DNA of 64,000 nt, from positions 22,860 through 86,859 of the forward strand of contig CANQFD010000003.1 in NCBI GenBank assembly GCA_947598325.1. The letters run 5' to 3'. Shown here in pieces: positions 10,494 through 20,072 of this stretch (position 1 is the stretch's first letter; the number at the start of each line of letters is the position of its first letter). This DNA is from an uncultured Bacilli bacterium (GTDB taxonomy: Bacteria > Bacillota_I > Bacilli_A > RF39 > UBA660). Under the pieces are notes generated by a model. The model saw nothing but the letters and a program-made list of their open reading frames with translations, did no database searches and was not told where the DNA came from. Made by a program: the position numbers and the translations under genes.

Positions 10494-11666
10494 CTATTGA
10501 TAATAACTTGTTCTATCTCTATACCATGTATAATGTGCTGGAAAATTTATATAATCTCTTGGATCAACTGTTTCACTTAAGCTTTGGCAACTCTTAACTC
10601 CTAAACAAATATTTAGATGTAAATGATCACCAAAACTATGTCCTGTATTTCCCATATATCCAATAACAGTATCTTTAGTTACAATTGAACCTTGACTAAC
10701 ATTTATACCACTTAAATGTCCATATAGTGAAGTATAAACTTTTCCATTTATATTATGTTGTATAACTATGTATTTTCCATAACCAACACCTGGTGTATAG
10801 TTCGAATTTGTTTTTACAACTATTCCATCAGATATTGAATATATTTTTGTTCCTCCTGAATTTGAAATATCTACACCTGCATGATATCTATAGCCTCCGC
10901 CTGGCATTGGATCTTTATTCCATTTACTTTGCATAAATCCTGATTCAGTTGGTCTCCAGAATTTAGTTCCAGGAGGGATTTGTCCTCTAGCACAAGTTGA
11001 AATATCCTCATTATCTTTACATCCATTTTTTTGATAAAAATTAAGTATTGATTTCATATCTTTTATTTCATCTTTTATAGATGCACAGTCATCATCTAGT
11101 GCTTTTCTTTCTTGCGCTAATACTACTAATTTTTCAGATAATTCTTTTTGAAGAGCTTTTAAATCCTCTTCTTTTTTATGAATTTTTACTATATTTTCAT
11201 TGTTTTGTTTTATCATGCTATGCATATCATCTATTAATTTATCATTATAATTTGATAGTTGTTCTGTTACAGAAACTCTATATATAAAATCTGTTATACT
11301 ATCTGCTGAAAATATATATTCTAAATATGTTGACTCTCCATCTGAAACTTGGAAAAATCTCATTAGATCTTTCAATTCTTTATCCTTTTTTAATATTTCT
11401 GAGTTTAATCTTGATATTTCTGAATTTATATTTTGTATTTCTTTATTTGCAGCATCTAGTTCTCCATAAATACTTTGAACTCTTGTCTTTGCTGACGAAA
11501 TTTGAGAATCTGTCGCTTTAAGACTGTTATTTGTATCGCTGTATCTTTTTTCTAATTCATTATACTCTTGTTTTAATTGACCTAAAGTTTTTGCATCTGC
11601 ATTAATAGGAAAAATTATTACAAATATTGTTATAAACAATAATATCTTACTTACATTCTTTATCAT
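10494..11666 (-). CDS. Coiled-coil + M23 peptidase, FtsEX-associated cell-wall hydrolase
   Basis: Signal peptide, PcsB/CwlO-type coiled coil (YLEYIFSADSITDFI), M23 motifs HAGVD, YGHL, HLH; follows ftsX. Confidence 0.9.
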   Translation of the reverse strand: MIKNVSKILLFITIFVIIFPINADAKTLGQLKQEYNELEKRYSDTNNSLKATDSQISSAKTRVQSIYGELDAANKEIQNINSEISRLNSEILKKDKELKDLMRFFQVSDGESTYLEYIFSADSITDFIYRVSVTEQLSNYNDKLIDDMHSMIKQNNENIVKIHKKEEDLKALQKELSEKLVVLAQERKALDDDCASIKDEIKDMKSILNFYQKNGCKDNEDISTCARGQIPPGTKFWRPTESGFMQSKWNKDPMPGGGYRYHAGVDISNSGGTKIYSISDGIVVKTNSNYTPGVGYGKYIVIQHNINGKVYTSLYGHLSGINVSQGSIVTKDTVIGYMGNTGHSFGDHLHLNICLGVKSCQSLSETVDPRDYINFPAHYTWYRDRTSYYQ

Positions 11667-12586
11667 ATTTTTAAATACTTCCTAACAGCGCTACTACTTC
11701 CTATCATACCAACTATTACACCAATAATTGCAAGTATAAGTGATGCTATAAATACAAATGGGAAAGGTTCAATTAATTTAATGAATTCAGAGAATATCTT
11801 TCCTCCTGTTTTTTCATATAAAAAATTATATCCATAGATTGTTATAAGTATAGGAATTATAGATCCAATTAATCCTATAAACAAACCTTCTATAACAAAT
11901 GGTTGTTTTATTGAAGTATTAGATGCTCCTACCAATCTTTTAATCTCTATTTCTTCTTGTCTTGAGAAAATAGTTATCTTAATTGTATTTATAATTAAGA
12001 AAGCTGTTACTACAATTAATGAAATAACTATTATTAACAATATTTTTTCTATAATCTTAAAAATTGATATAAGAGAATCTATCATACCCTCACCATATCT
12101 AACCATTTGAACACCATCTATTTTTTCAATTTGATTTGCTGTTTTTGATATTTTTTCAGAGTTTTCAACTTTAACTAAATATGTATCATATAATGGATTT
12201 TCTGAATCAGACCATGATGACATTATATTATTAAATACTTCTGATTCTTTTTTCATTCTATCTGCTATATCTTTTTTAGAATCAAAACTTACAGACTCTA
12301 TATTATTAAGTTTTTCAATACTCTTTTTTATTTCATTTATTTTATTTTCATCTGCATCTACATTTATATATGTTACAATTGTAAAATCATCTCTTATAAT
12401 CTTTGTAAAATTTTCTACATTTAATGAACCTATTATGGAAACTGCTACTAAAATAAGTGTCACTGTTATACACGAAATTGATGCCATTGATAAACTAAAA
12501 TTTCTAATTACGTTTTTAAGACCATCTCTTATATTTCTAAATAATATTCTAACATTTTTCATTTTTATCATAAGTTCCTTTCTCAA
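11663..12586 (-). CDS. ftsX: Cell division permease FtsX
   Basis: RNFSLSMASI, NTIKITIFSRQEEIEIKRLVGA, PFVIEG motifs. Confidence 0.95.
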   Translation of the reverse strand: MRKELMIKMKNVRILFRNIRDGLKNVIRNFSLSMASISCITVTLILVAVSIIGSLNVENFTKIIRDDFTIVTYINVDADENKINEIKKSIEKLNNIESVSFDSKKDIADRMKKESEVFNNIMSSWSDSENPLYDTYLVKVENSEKISKTANQIEKIDGVQMVRYGEGMIDSLISIFKIIEKILLIIVISLIVVTAFLIINTIKITIFSRQEEIEIKRLVGASNTSIKQPFVIEGLFIGLIGSIIPILITIYGYNFLYEKTGGKIFSEFIKLIEPFPFVFIASLILAIIGVIVGMIGSSSAVRKYLKI

Positions 12587-13247
12587 AATCTTTTTTTAGT
12601 TTACCTTTGTCTAGAAGTATAACCCTCTTTTTCATTTTATTAACAATATCCCTATCATGAGTTACAACTATTACCGTTGTACCTAAATTATTAATTACCT
12701 CTAAAACTTTCATTATTTCAAGCGATGTATCTGGATCCAAATTTCCAGTTGGCTCATCACATATTAACAATTTTGGAGCATTTACAATAGCCCTCGCTAT
12801 TGCAACTCTTTGTTGCTCCCCACCTGATAGTTGATCAGGATAACTTTTAACCTTTTCTTTTAATCCAACTAAATCTAATGCTTTCAAAGTCTTTGCTCTA
12901 ATTTCTGTTTTATCATAACCAAACATTTCTAGAACAAATGCAACATTTTCATAAACAGTAAGTCTAGGTAATAACTTAAAATCCTGAAACACAACACCGA
13001 TTTTTCTTCTTAGTTTATATGTTTTTCTATTCTTTAACTTACCTACATTTACTCCACCTATAATTATTTCGCCTTTTGTTGGTCTTTCTTCTCTATATAA
13101 CATTTTTATTAATGTTGATTTGCCGCTTCCAGATGCTCCTATAATAAAAGCAAAATCCCCCTTTTTTATATTTAGATTTAAACCATATAATGCAGTAACT
13201 CCAGATGGATATGTTTTTTCAACATCAGTAATCTTTATAAATTCCAT
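12549..13247 (-). CDS. ftsE: Cell division ATP-binding protein FtsE
   Basis: GASGSGKST, LRRKIGVVFQDFKLL, LSGGEQQRV, DEPTGNLDP. Confidence 0.96.
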   Translation of the reverse strand: MEFIKITDVEKTYPSGVTALYGLNLNIKKGDFAFIIGASGSGKSTLIKMLYREERPTKGEIIIGGVNVGKLKNRKTYKLRRKIGVVFQDFKLLPRLTVYENVAFVLEMFGYDKTEIRAKTLKALDLVGLKEKVKSYPDQLSGGEQQRVAIARAIVNAPKLLICDEPTGNLDPDTSLEIMKVLEVINNLGTTVIVVTHDRDIVNKMKKRVILLDKGKLKKDFEKGTYDKNEKC

Positions 13248-14155
13248 TATATCTGGCCCCTTTCTTTTTCATGGTTTCTATGATTATCTGCACCATATAC
13301 TTGATATGAATCGGATATATTAAAGAATGCATTTGGATCTATTTGTAAAATACCTTCCCTTGCTTTAAAGTATTCTGATGTAGGTATTACAGCCATTATC
13401 ATCTTTATTTTATCATTGCTATAGCCACCATGTGCATCAATTATTGTTATTCCTCTAGATAAATTTTCTAAAATATATTTTCTTACTCTTGCCTCTTCAG
13501 TTGTAACTATATAAAATGTTTTATTATTAGATATACCTAATACTACCTTGTCTGTTATAATACTAATAATATACAGTATAATAAGCGCATATAGTACTAT
13601 TCTCCATCCAAATTGGTAACCTGCAAATAATACAATAAATCCATTTACTATTAAAGTTGCATTACCAAAGGATAATTTAAATTTTTTAACTAATATATGT
13701 ATTATTGTGTCTGTTCCTCCTGTACTAAATCCAGTTTTGCTTGTCAGCCCAGATGATATTCCTGCTAAAACTGCACCACATATTGCAACAAGCATTATAT
13801 CATCTTTTGGAATTGATATAGTTACATCCTGAGTTAACTTTACGAATAAAGGATATACTAAAGATCCCACAACAGAATTTAATGCCTTTTTCTTACCAAG
13901 AAATATAAAGGCCAATATAAGAGCTAAAATTTGAACTATTAAAATTGTTACAGATGGATCTAAAAAATCTTTGAATACTGTCGCTATACCACCTGATCCA
14001 CCATATACTAGGTTTTGTCTTAGGAAAAATACATTGTACGCTATTGCGGATATAAATAAACCTATTATCAATTCTAAATATCTTTTTAGTAAATTTTTAT
14101 TTTCAACTATACCAAGAATATCTTCATCTATTAATTTTCTTTTTATTATTCCCAT
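13247..14155 (-). CDS. YitT family (YvjA-like) membrane protein
   Basis: GGSGGIA, FSTGGTD, C-terminal IDPNAFF; between prfB and ftsE as in Bacillus; start at 14155 behind GGAGGT. Confidence 0.88.
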   Translation of the reverse strand: MGIIKRKLIDEDILGIVENKNLLKRYLELIIGLFISAIAYNVFFLRQNLVYGGSGGIATVFKDFLDPSVTILIVQILALILAFIFLGKKKALNSVVGSLVYPLFVKLTQDVTISIPKDDIMLVAICGAVLAGISSGLTSKTGFSTGGTDTIIHILVKKFKLSFGNATLIVNGFIVLFAGYQFGWRIVLYALIILYIISIITDKVVLGISNNKTFYIVTTEEARVRKYILENLSRGITIIDAHGGYSNDKIKMIMAVIPTSEYFKAREGILQIDPNAFFNISDSYQVYGADNHRNHEKERGQI

Positions 14156-14169
14156 ATAAACTACCTCCA

Positions 14170-15256
14170 CTACATTTTCAAATATCCTTCTATAAATTTA
14201 TCAATATCTCCGTCCAAAACTTTTTGTACATCGCTAGTTTCTTCTCCTGTTCTATGATCTTTAACCATTGAGTACGGATGCATTACATAGCTTCTTATTT
14301 GAGAACCAAAATTTATATCACTTTGATTTTTCTTCTCTTCATCAAGTTCTTTTCTTCTTTTTTCTTCTTCAATTAAATAAAGTTTAGACTTTAATATTTT
14401 CATAGCAATTTCCTTATTTTTTAATTGACTTCTTTCATTTTGACATGTAACAGTTATTCCTGTTGCTATATGAGTAATTCTAACCGCACTGTCTGTTGTA
14501 TTTACTCCCTGTCCTCCTGGACCACTACTTCTATATACATCAATTTTTATATCACTATCTTTTATTTCAATATTAATTTCATCATTTATTTGAGGAGTAA
14601 CTTCAACGGATGCAAATGATGTATGTCTTCTATTTGCTGAATCAAATGGGGATAACCTAACTAATCTATGTACGCCTTTTTCACTCTTAAGATATCCATA
14701 TGCATTAAGTCCTTTGATAAGCACTGTTACCCTTTTTATTCCTGCCTCTTCCCCATATAATGTATCTAAAATTTCATATTTAAATGATTTTTTATCACAC
14801 CATCTTAAATACATTCTAAGTAACATGGAAGCCCAATCGCAACTTTCAGTTCCGCCTGCTCCCGAATGTATTTCTAATATTGCATTTTCTTTATCCTCTT
14901 TAGATGATAATTTTACTGACATTTCTAAATCAGAAATTTGTTTTTTCAAATCAGAAATATTAAGCGTTATCTCCTTAATCAAATCTTCATCATTATAATC
15001 AATAATTTCTTCATAGGAGTCTAATGTTTCTTTTAATTTTTCAACATTTGAAATTATTTTATTATCATCACTTATCTTTTTGGATAAATCAATAGTTTCT
15101 TTTGACCCCCAAAGTTCTTTTTGCTGCATAGTTTGAAGTTTTTCTTCTAAACTTTTTATAGATGCTTTTTTTCCATCTACATCAAAGTAACCTCCAAACA
15201 TCACAAAGTTTTTGTTTTAATGACAATAAGTCTTCCTTTATACTCTTTATATCCAT
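14170..15256 (-). CDS. prfB: Peptide chain release factor 2 with programmed +1 frameshift
   Basis: ATG 15256 gives [24 protein letters not shown] then CTT-TGA at 15187-15182, preceded by internal SD GGAGGT; downstream frame has SPF and GGQ. Confidence 0.97.
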
Positions 15257-15290
15257 ATCATCACCTAAATTATTATAACATAAATCGACA

Positions 15291-15320
15291 AAAAAACAAA
15301 TGGATTTATATTCCATTTTT
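15291..15320 (-). terminator. Orphan intrinsic terminator upstream of prfB
   Basis: AAATGGA-N7-TCCATTT followed by GTTTTTTT on minus strand. Confidence 0.5.
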
Positions 15321-15585
15321 AATAGCATTTGTAGAATAAAGAAATTAAAATTAAAAAATAAAGTTATAAATTTGGAACTTTTTGTTTGTAATAATTAATT
15401 ATATCTCTAAAAGTTATCTAATTTTATAATGAATTTTTAGTTTGTTTTGTAAAGTTTTTACAAAAAATTGTCTAAATTATGTTAATATGTTTCAAAATTT
15501 GACAATTTATTATATAATGATCATAGAATATGAGAGTATTCCAATCATAAAGTATATTTTTTAAAAAGTGTTGTGAGGTGAGTTA

Positions 15586-16026
15586 ATGGAGGTTATATTT
15601 AGAAAAGCTACTTTTGATGATGTAGAGCCCATTATTACTTTATGTAATGAGTGTTTTAACGAAAATACATCTTTAGATTATGCAAAAGAAAATTTTAAAG
15701 AAACGGAAAATGACCAAAATCAAATATATATTGTTGGTTTAGCTGATGGAAAAATAGTTGCTCATGCAAAACTTACAATTATTCCAACTATGTACGAAGA
15801 TATGAATACTTATGCAATATTAAACCATGTCTGTGTTAAACCTGAATTAAGGCGTGGTCATATTGGAACTAAATTGTTGGATGAATGTTTTAAAATAGCA
15901 AAAGAAAATAATTGTAAATGTGTTGAATTATGGTCAAAGAACTTTAGGGTACCTGCTCATGTTCTTTATCATAATTATGGCTTTGAGGTTATGGATGCAA
16001 AATTTTTTACAAAGGATGTTAAATAG
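15586..16026 (+). CDS. GNAT family N-acetyltransferase
   Basis: VCVKPELRRGHIGTKLL acetyl-CoA motif A; LYHNYGF motif. Confidence 0.92.
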   Translation: MEVIFRKATFDDVEPIITLCNECFNENTSLDYAKENFKETENDQNQIYIVGLADGKIVAHAKLTIIPTMYEDMNTYAILNHVCVKPELRRGHIGTKLLDECFKIAKENNCKCVELWSKNFRVPAHVLYHNYGFEVMDAKFFTKDVK

Positions 16027-16037
16027 GAGAGTGAAAT

Positions 16038-17218
16038 ATGAAAATTAGTAATATTTATGTTGGTGGTTGGTTTCAAAGAACCATGCTACAATTATCTGAA
16101 ATTTATGATTTTTTAAGAGCTGGAAAAAGTCAGTTACATTTAAATCAAAAAAACTTGATGAACATTTAAAAAATTTGGAAATAGGTAATATTAATTATGG
16201 TGTTTCTGGTGAAGAGTATGTTGAGTTCACAACAGCATTAAATATTAAGGTTAAAATATTTGAAGATGGGCTAATAGTATTAAATAATGAACACGTTAGT
16301 GAAGATACTTTATTTTCTGATATAAATAAGGTACAAGATTATTATGAAAAGAGACTATCCCCTGCATTTAATTATTTATTCAGTTTAGGAGCACCTGTAC
16401 CAAAAGAACTTGCTAATATAGAAACAGTATATCCGTATTTTATTGTCTGTGATAATGCAACTAAAGATGAAATAAATGATCTACTATCAAAAACTGAAAA
16501 ACAAAAATATTTTGAGTTTAAAAATGATAAATATGAAGTTATTCGTGGAGATAAATATTATTTCATTAATAATAAAAAACAATCTAATGAAAATATTGAA
16601 AGATATATTGAAGAACAAATATTTATTAGAGAATTTAAAGGACAATTACATAGATATTTAAATATCCATAGAATAATATGGGAAAAGATTGATGCAGTAA
16701 AGGAAAATGCTCATGTCAAAGGCTCTGATATTGTTAAATTTACTACAAAATTAGAAGGATATGCTAAGACAATTAATTTAATTGATGGTCGTATTAATCA
16801 AATGGGAACTTATATTTCAACAAGAGAAAAAATTGCAAAAAATGATCAAGAGCTTTCTGAATTTTTAGCAATATCAGGATATAGATATGAAACATTACGA
16901 GATACATTAGATTATATAAAATATTTATGGGGTATGACAAAGAACTATGTATCAGCAGCACAAAAATTATTTGATGGATTAAAAGCAGATGTAACAAGCA
17001 AATCAGTTGAAAGTTTAACTATTGTTACATCAATGAGTGCTGGTGCAGCATTACTTGATTTATTTACAGAGTCAGCACCTACTTTTACAGCATTCGGTTT
17101 TATTTATTTCTTTATTCTAGCATTTATTGGTTGGGGTTCAACTAAAATTCTTGGTTCAATCGCATCTAGAAGAAAATATGAAGTTTCAGATATAGAATAT
17201 GAAAAAGATATTAAATAA
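16038..17218 (+). pseudogene. Frameshifted gene for a membrane protein with long helical domain and two C-terminal TMs
   Basis: RBS GGAGAG + ATG 16038 (MKISNIYVGGWFQRTMLQLSEIYDFL) stops early; one extra A in the A7 run at 16147-16153 joins it to the 16175..17218 frame. Confidence 0.75.
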
Positions 17219-17237
17219 AAAGATATTTTAAATTTTA

Positions 17238-17285
17238 AGAATACTAAAAAAGATCCTAAATGATTAGGATCTTTTTTAGTATTCT
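17238..17285. terminator. Bidirectional terminator, 22-bp perfect inverted repeat
   Basis: AGAATACTAAAAAAGATCCTAA-ATGA-TTAGGATCTTTTTTAGTATTCT between convergent genes. Confidence 0.85.
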
Positions 17286-18130
17286 ATTTCTGTACTATAC
17301 CAATAATAGTTGTTATTAGAACCTTTTTTAAATGTATGTTTAAAAGTATAAAAATCTTGTATGTTTTCTTTTATATAATTTTTTCCAGCTGAAGAAGCAT
17401 TTGTTAATTCTGAATTCTCATCTACTTTATATTTATAAACACTTTCATCCTTTTTAGTTGTTTTAAAAACTTCAAATTCATAATATTCTCCTGTAACAAA
17501 TCCTGCTTTTTCTAATACTATTAACTCATCATTGTCAGTTTTATAATCTATAATTTTATTAACTTTTTCAAGCCCTGCGGCTCCTCTTCCATAAAACGTA
17601 CAATATAAATTATCAGAACTTTTTTTAACAGCACCTCCTGGATATGGAAATTCATTTACTAACTCTGAATAATCATAAGTTTCTTTTAATTTATTTTTTA
17701 GTTCTTCTTCAGTTGTACATTTATTTGCAAAACCTCTTACTTCAGAATCACTACTATTTCTAATTACACTATCTTCCACTTTATTAGTTTTATCAAATAC
17801 CATTGGATATATTGTTGTCGTTTTATCTATAGTTTCCATAGTACTCTTTTCTCCTGAATATGCATCATTATTACTTCCAGATTCATTTCCATCATCTTCT
17901 AAAACCATTGGAACAGTTGCTAAATATTTTTCTAATTCTTCTTCTGAAATTTTTATTTGTTCTTCCTTTTTAGTTTCTTTTTTATCAACTACTTTATCAG
18001 ATTCTTTAACATTAAATACTTTATCATAAATAATATAACTACCCATTCCTATTACTAATAGTATTAAAACTATTACTAAAGCTACTAGTCCTTTACTATT
18101 TTTTGTTTTTACTACTACATTTTCATTCAT
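17276..18130 (-). CDS. N-terminally membrane-anchored variable surface protein (cassette A)
   Basis: MNENVVVKTKNSKGLVALVI leader, single TM ending IIYDKV, then hydrophilic domain ending YYWYSTEIEY. Confidence 0.85.
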   Translation of the reverse strand: MNENVVVKTKNSKGLVALVIVLILLVIGMGSYIIYDKVFNVKESDKVVDKKETKKEEQIKISEEELEKYLATVPMVLEDDGNESGSNNDAYSGEKSTMETIDKTTTIYPMVFDKTNKVEDSVIRNSSDSEVRGFANKCTTEEELKNKLKETYDYSELVNEFPYPGGAVKKSSDNLYCTFYGRGAAGLEKVNKIIDYKTDNDELIVLEKAGFVTGEYYEFEVFKTTKKDESVYKYKVDENSELTNASSAGKNYIKENIQDFYTFKHTFKKGSNNNYYWYSTEIEY

Positions 18131-18225
18131 TCTTATTTCCTCCTATTTAACATAAGTATACCCCCCACACAAAAGTTTCAAGTAAAAAAGTTACTTTTTT
18201 AGTAACTTTACACTTTTATTTATTT
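18072..18225 (-). repeat. Promoter+RBS+leader module, copy 1 (G6 tract)
   Basis: 154 bp, identical to 18957-19112 except one substitution and a 2-nt shorter C run. Confidence 0.97.
18155..18181 (-). promoter_or_regulatory. SigA-type promoter with poly-G spacer, 15-bp spacing (predicted weak/OFF)
   Basis: TTGAAA-cttttgtgtGGGGGG-TATACT. Confidence 0.75.
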
Positions 18226-18331
18226 AATTATTATTTACAATGTAAGAATCATTAACGGAGTTTATTAAATTTCTACTATTACAATTTCATTCATATTTAC
18301 TTAACTCCATTTAAGATATTTACTACTTTCT

Positions 18332-19015
18332 CTATGGTCTATTCTTTGGCATCATTTCTTTTAATGCACGTAAGAAATATACTGATTCTTCTGGATTTAA
18401 TTCTTGAGTTGATTTTTCTAATTTAATTTCTTTATATTTTGCTTTAAAATCCTCAGTATTATATGTACCTGCAATATTTGAATCTATAAGTTTAGTTGCT
18501 GAAGAAATTTTTATATCACTAACAATATTTTCTACATTATCTGAATCATCTGATATTATGTATATAGCCATACCTCCACTAAGTTCAAACATATAATTTA
18601 GATGAATTATATCACCTTCAATGGTATAATTACCATAATATCCAACTACTGACTCTCTAGACATTTCATAATAAAATAGACCATTTTCAAATAGAGTTAA
18701 CGTAAAATTATCACTTTCACCTTCACTATCAACGTAATCATTACCAGATTCGTCAGTACTATATGGCTCACTAACAAATTTATAAATACCAGTCATATTT
18801 TTATAATTATACTTTTCTGATACATTGTTTTTTGACTCTTTAACATTATTATTGTCAGCTTTAACATTTTGTGTTTTTTCAGATTTACCACTATTATTAA
18901 TTACTTTATCATATGCTGTATACCCTATAAGCACTATTACCATTATTAGTAATATAATTACTAAAGCTACTAGTCCTTTACTATTTTTTGTTTTTACTAC
19001 TACATTTTCATTCAT
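18332..19015 (-). CDS. N-terminally membrane-anchored variable surface protein (cassette B)
   Basis: Same first 20 aa as cassette A, TM ending TAYDKV, unrelated beta-rich ectodomain (GIYKF...LTLFENGLFYY...YGNYTIEGDIIHL). Confidence 0.85.
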   Translation of the reverse strand: MNENVVVKTKNSKGLVALVIILLIMVIVLIGYTAYDKVINNSGKSEKTQNVKADNNNVKESKNNVSEKYNYKNMTGIYKFVSEPYSTDESGNDYVDSEGESDNFTLTLFENGLFYYEMSRESVVGYYGNYTIEGDIIHLNYMFELSGGMAIYIISDDSDNVENIVSDIKISSATKLIDSNIAGTYNTEDFKAKYKEIKLEKSTQELNPEESVYFLRALKEMMPKNRP

Positions 19016-19112
19016 TTTTATTTCCTCCTATTTAACATAAGTATACCCCCCCCACACAAAAGTTTCAAGTAAAAAAGTTACTTTTTTAGTAACTTTACAC
19101 TTTTATTTATTT
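18957..19112 (-). repeat. Promoter+RBS+leader module, copy 2 (G8 tract)
   Basis: 156-bp direct repeat of 18072-18225. Confidence 0.97.
19040..19068 (-). promoter_or_regulatory. SigA-type promoter with poly-G spacer, 17-bp spacing (predicted ON)
   Basis: TTGAAA-cttttgtgtGGGGGGGG-TATACT. Confidence 0.8.
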
Positions 19113-19365
19113 GTAATTTTTATTTCGTAATTTGATTTATCTATTTTTGAGTTGGAGTTCTTCACATTTGACTCATCATTACTTTTATCACTTGTTCATT
19201 TGTTGGGATATATTTCTTCCCATAAATTTATGACTTACAAAAAAAATATATTACTGCCCCTATTTAATTTAAATTTAAGTTTAAAAAGACTTACCCTATT
19301 CAATAAAAAAATTAATATTCAACGATGTTACTTCTGAATATTAATTTTTATATTTTTTCAATTTC

Positions 19366-19875
19366 TTAGTTGCTTGATCCAAATTCTTGTATCATTCCAT
19401 CTTTTGGTAATTCATTGAAATAAAAATATACTGCTCTTGCTATTCCGCCATGTGTTACCAAAAGAATATTTTTATCTTTATATTTTTCTTTTATTTCATC
19501 TAAAAAAAGTTTAATTCTTTTAAATAAATCCTGTATAGTTTCTAACCCCTCTACTTTTGCTTTGGAGTAATAGTTCCAATAATCAGTATTATAAAACTCT
19601 CCAAGGTCTTTACCAGTATATATACCGCAATCTCTTTCTTCAATTCTTTTATCAAAAATTACTGGAACATTATTAACATTTATAATATCACAAGTATGTT
19701 TAGTTCTTAATAATGGCGAACAAATAATTAAATCAATATCTAAATTTTTAATAGCCTTTTGGGCTTTTTTAGCTTGTAATATTCCTATTTCATTTATATC
19801 TTCATCTAACTTCCCATTATATTTTTTCTCAACATTACATTTAGTCAGCCCATGTCTAATTACATATAATTTCAA
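19366..19875 (-). CDS. Histidine phosphatase (phosphoglycerate mutase-like) family protein
   Basis: LYVIRHG, CSPLLRT, LLVTHGG motifs; TTG start with GGAGGTG RBS; C-terminus may be slightly truncated. Confidence 0.92.
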   Translation of the reverse strand: MKLYVIRHGLTKCNVEKKYNGKLDEDINEIGILQAKKAQKAIKNLDIDLIICSPLLRTKHTCDIINVNNVPVIFDKRIEERDCGIYTGKDLGEFYNTDYWNYYSKAKVEGLETIQDLFKRIKLFLDEIKEKYKDKNILLVTHGGIARAVYFYFNELPKDGMIQEFGSSN

Positions 19876-20072
19876 TTATAGTCACCTCCCATATAAAACA
19901 TAATTACATATTAAAATGTTACCGTTGTTAAACTCTTGATTTTACGTGGCTTTTTGGTATTTTTGGGAGCAAATTGAATTTTTTGTGCACATTCTGAGCA
20001 CATTTTTATAGTTTTAGGGTTTTTTTATCATTTTTTCAAAACTCTATGCCGTGCACCCCCTTATAAAACCTA

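Noticed and set aside
18321-18330. 10-bp match (TACTACTTTC) to the secA stop region at 20071-20080, a possible att core
   Set aside because: Too short in AT-rich DNA and does not bracket the whole islet
18072-19112. The 154/156-bp repeat as IS ends or a CRISPR array
   Set aside because: Direct orientation, two copies only, contains promoter and coding start; no transposase or cas genes
19152-19337. 61-aa + strand ORF and possible decayed minus-strand coding DNA in the islet
   Set aside because: No RBS or recognisable motif; cannot support a gene or pseudogene call
20041-20062. GC-rich GGGGGTGCACGGCATAGAG after secA considered as a tRNA/tmRNA fragment
   Set aside because: No cloverleaf, T-loop or matching acceptor stem
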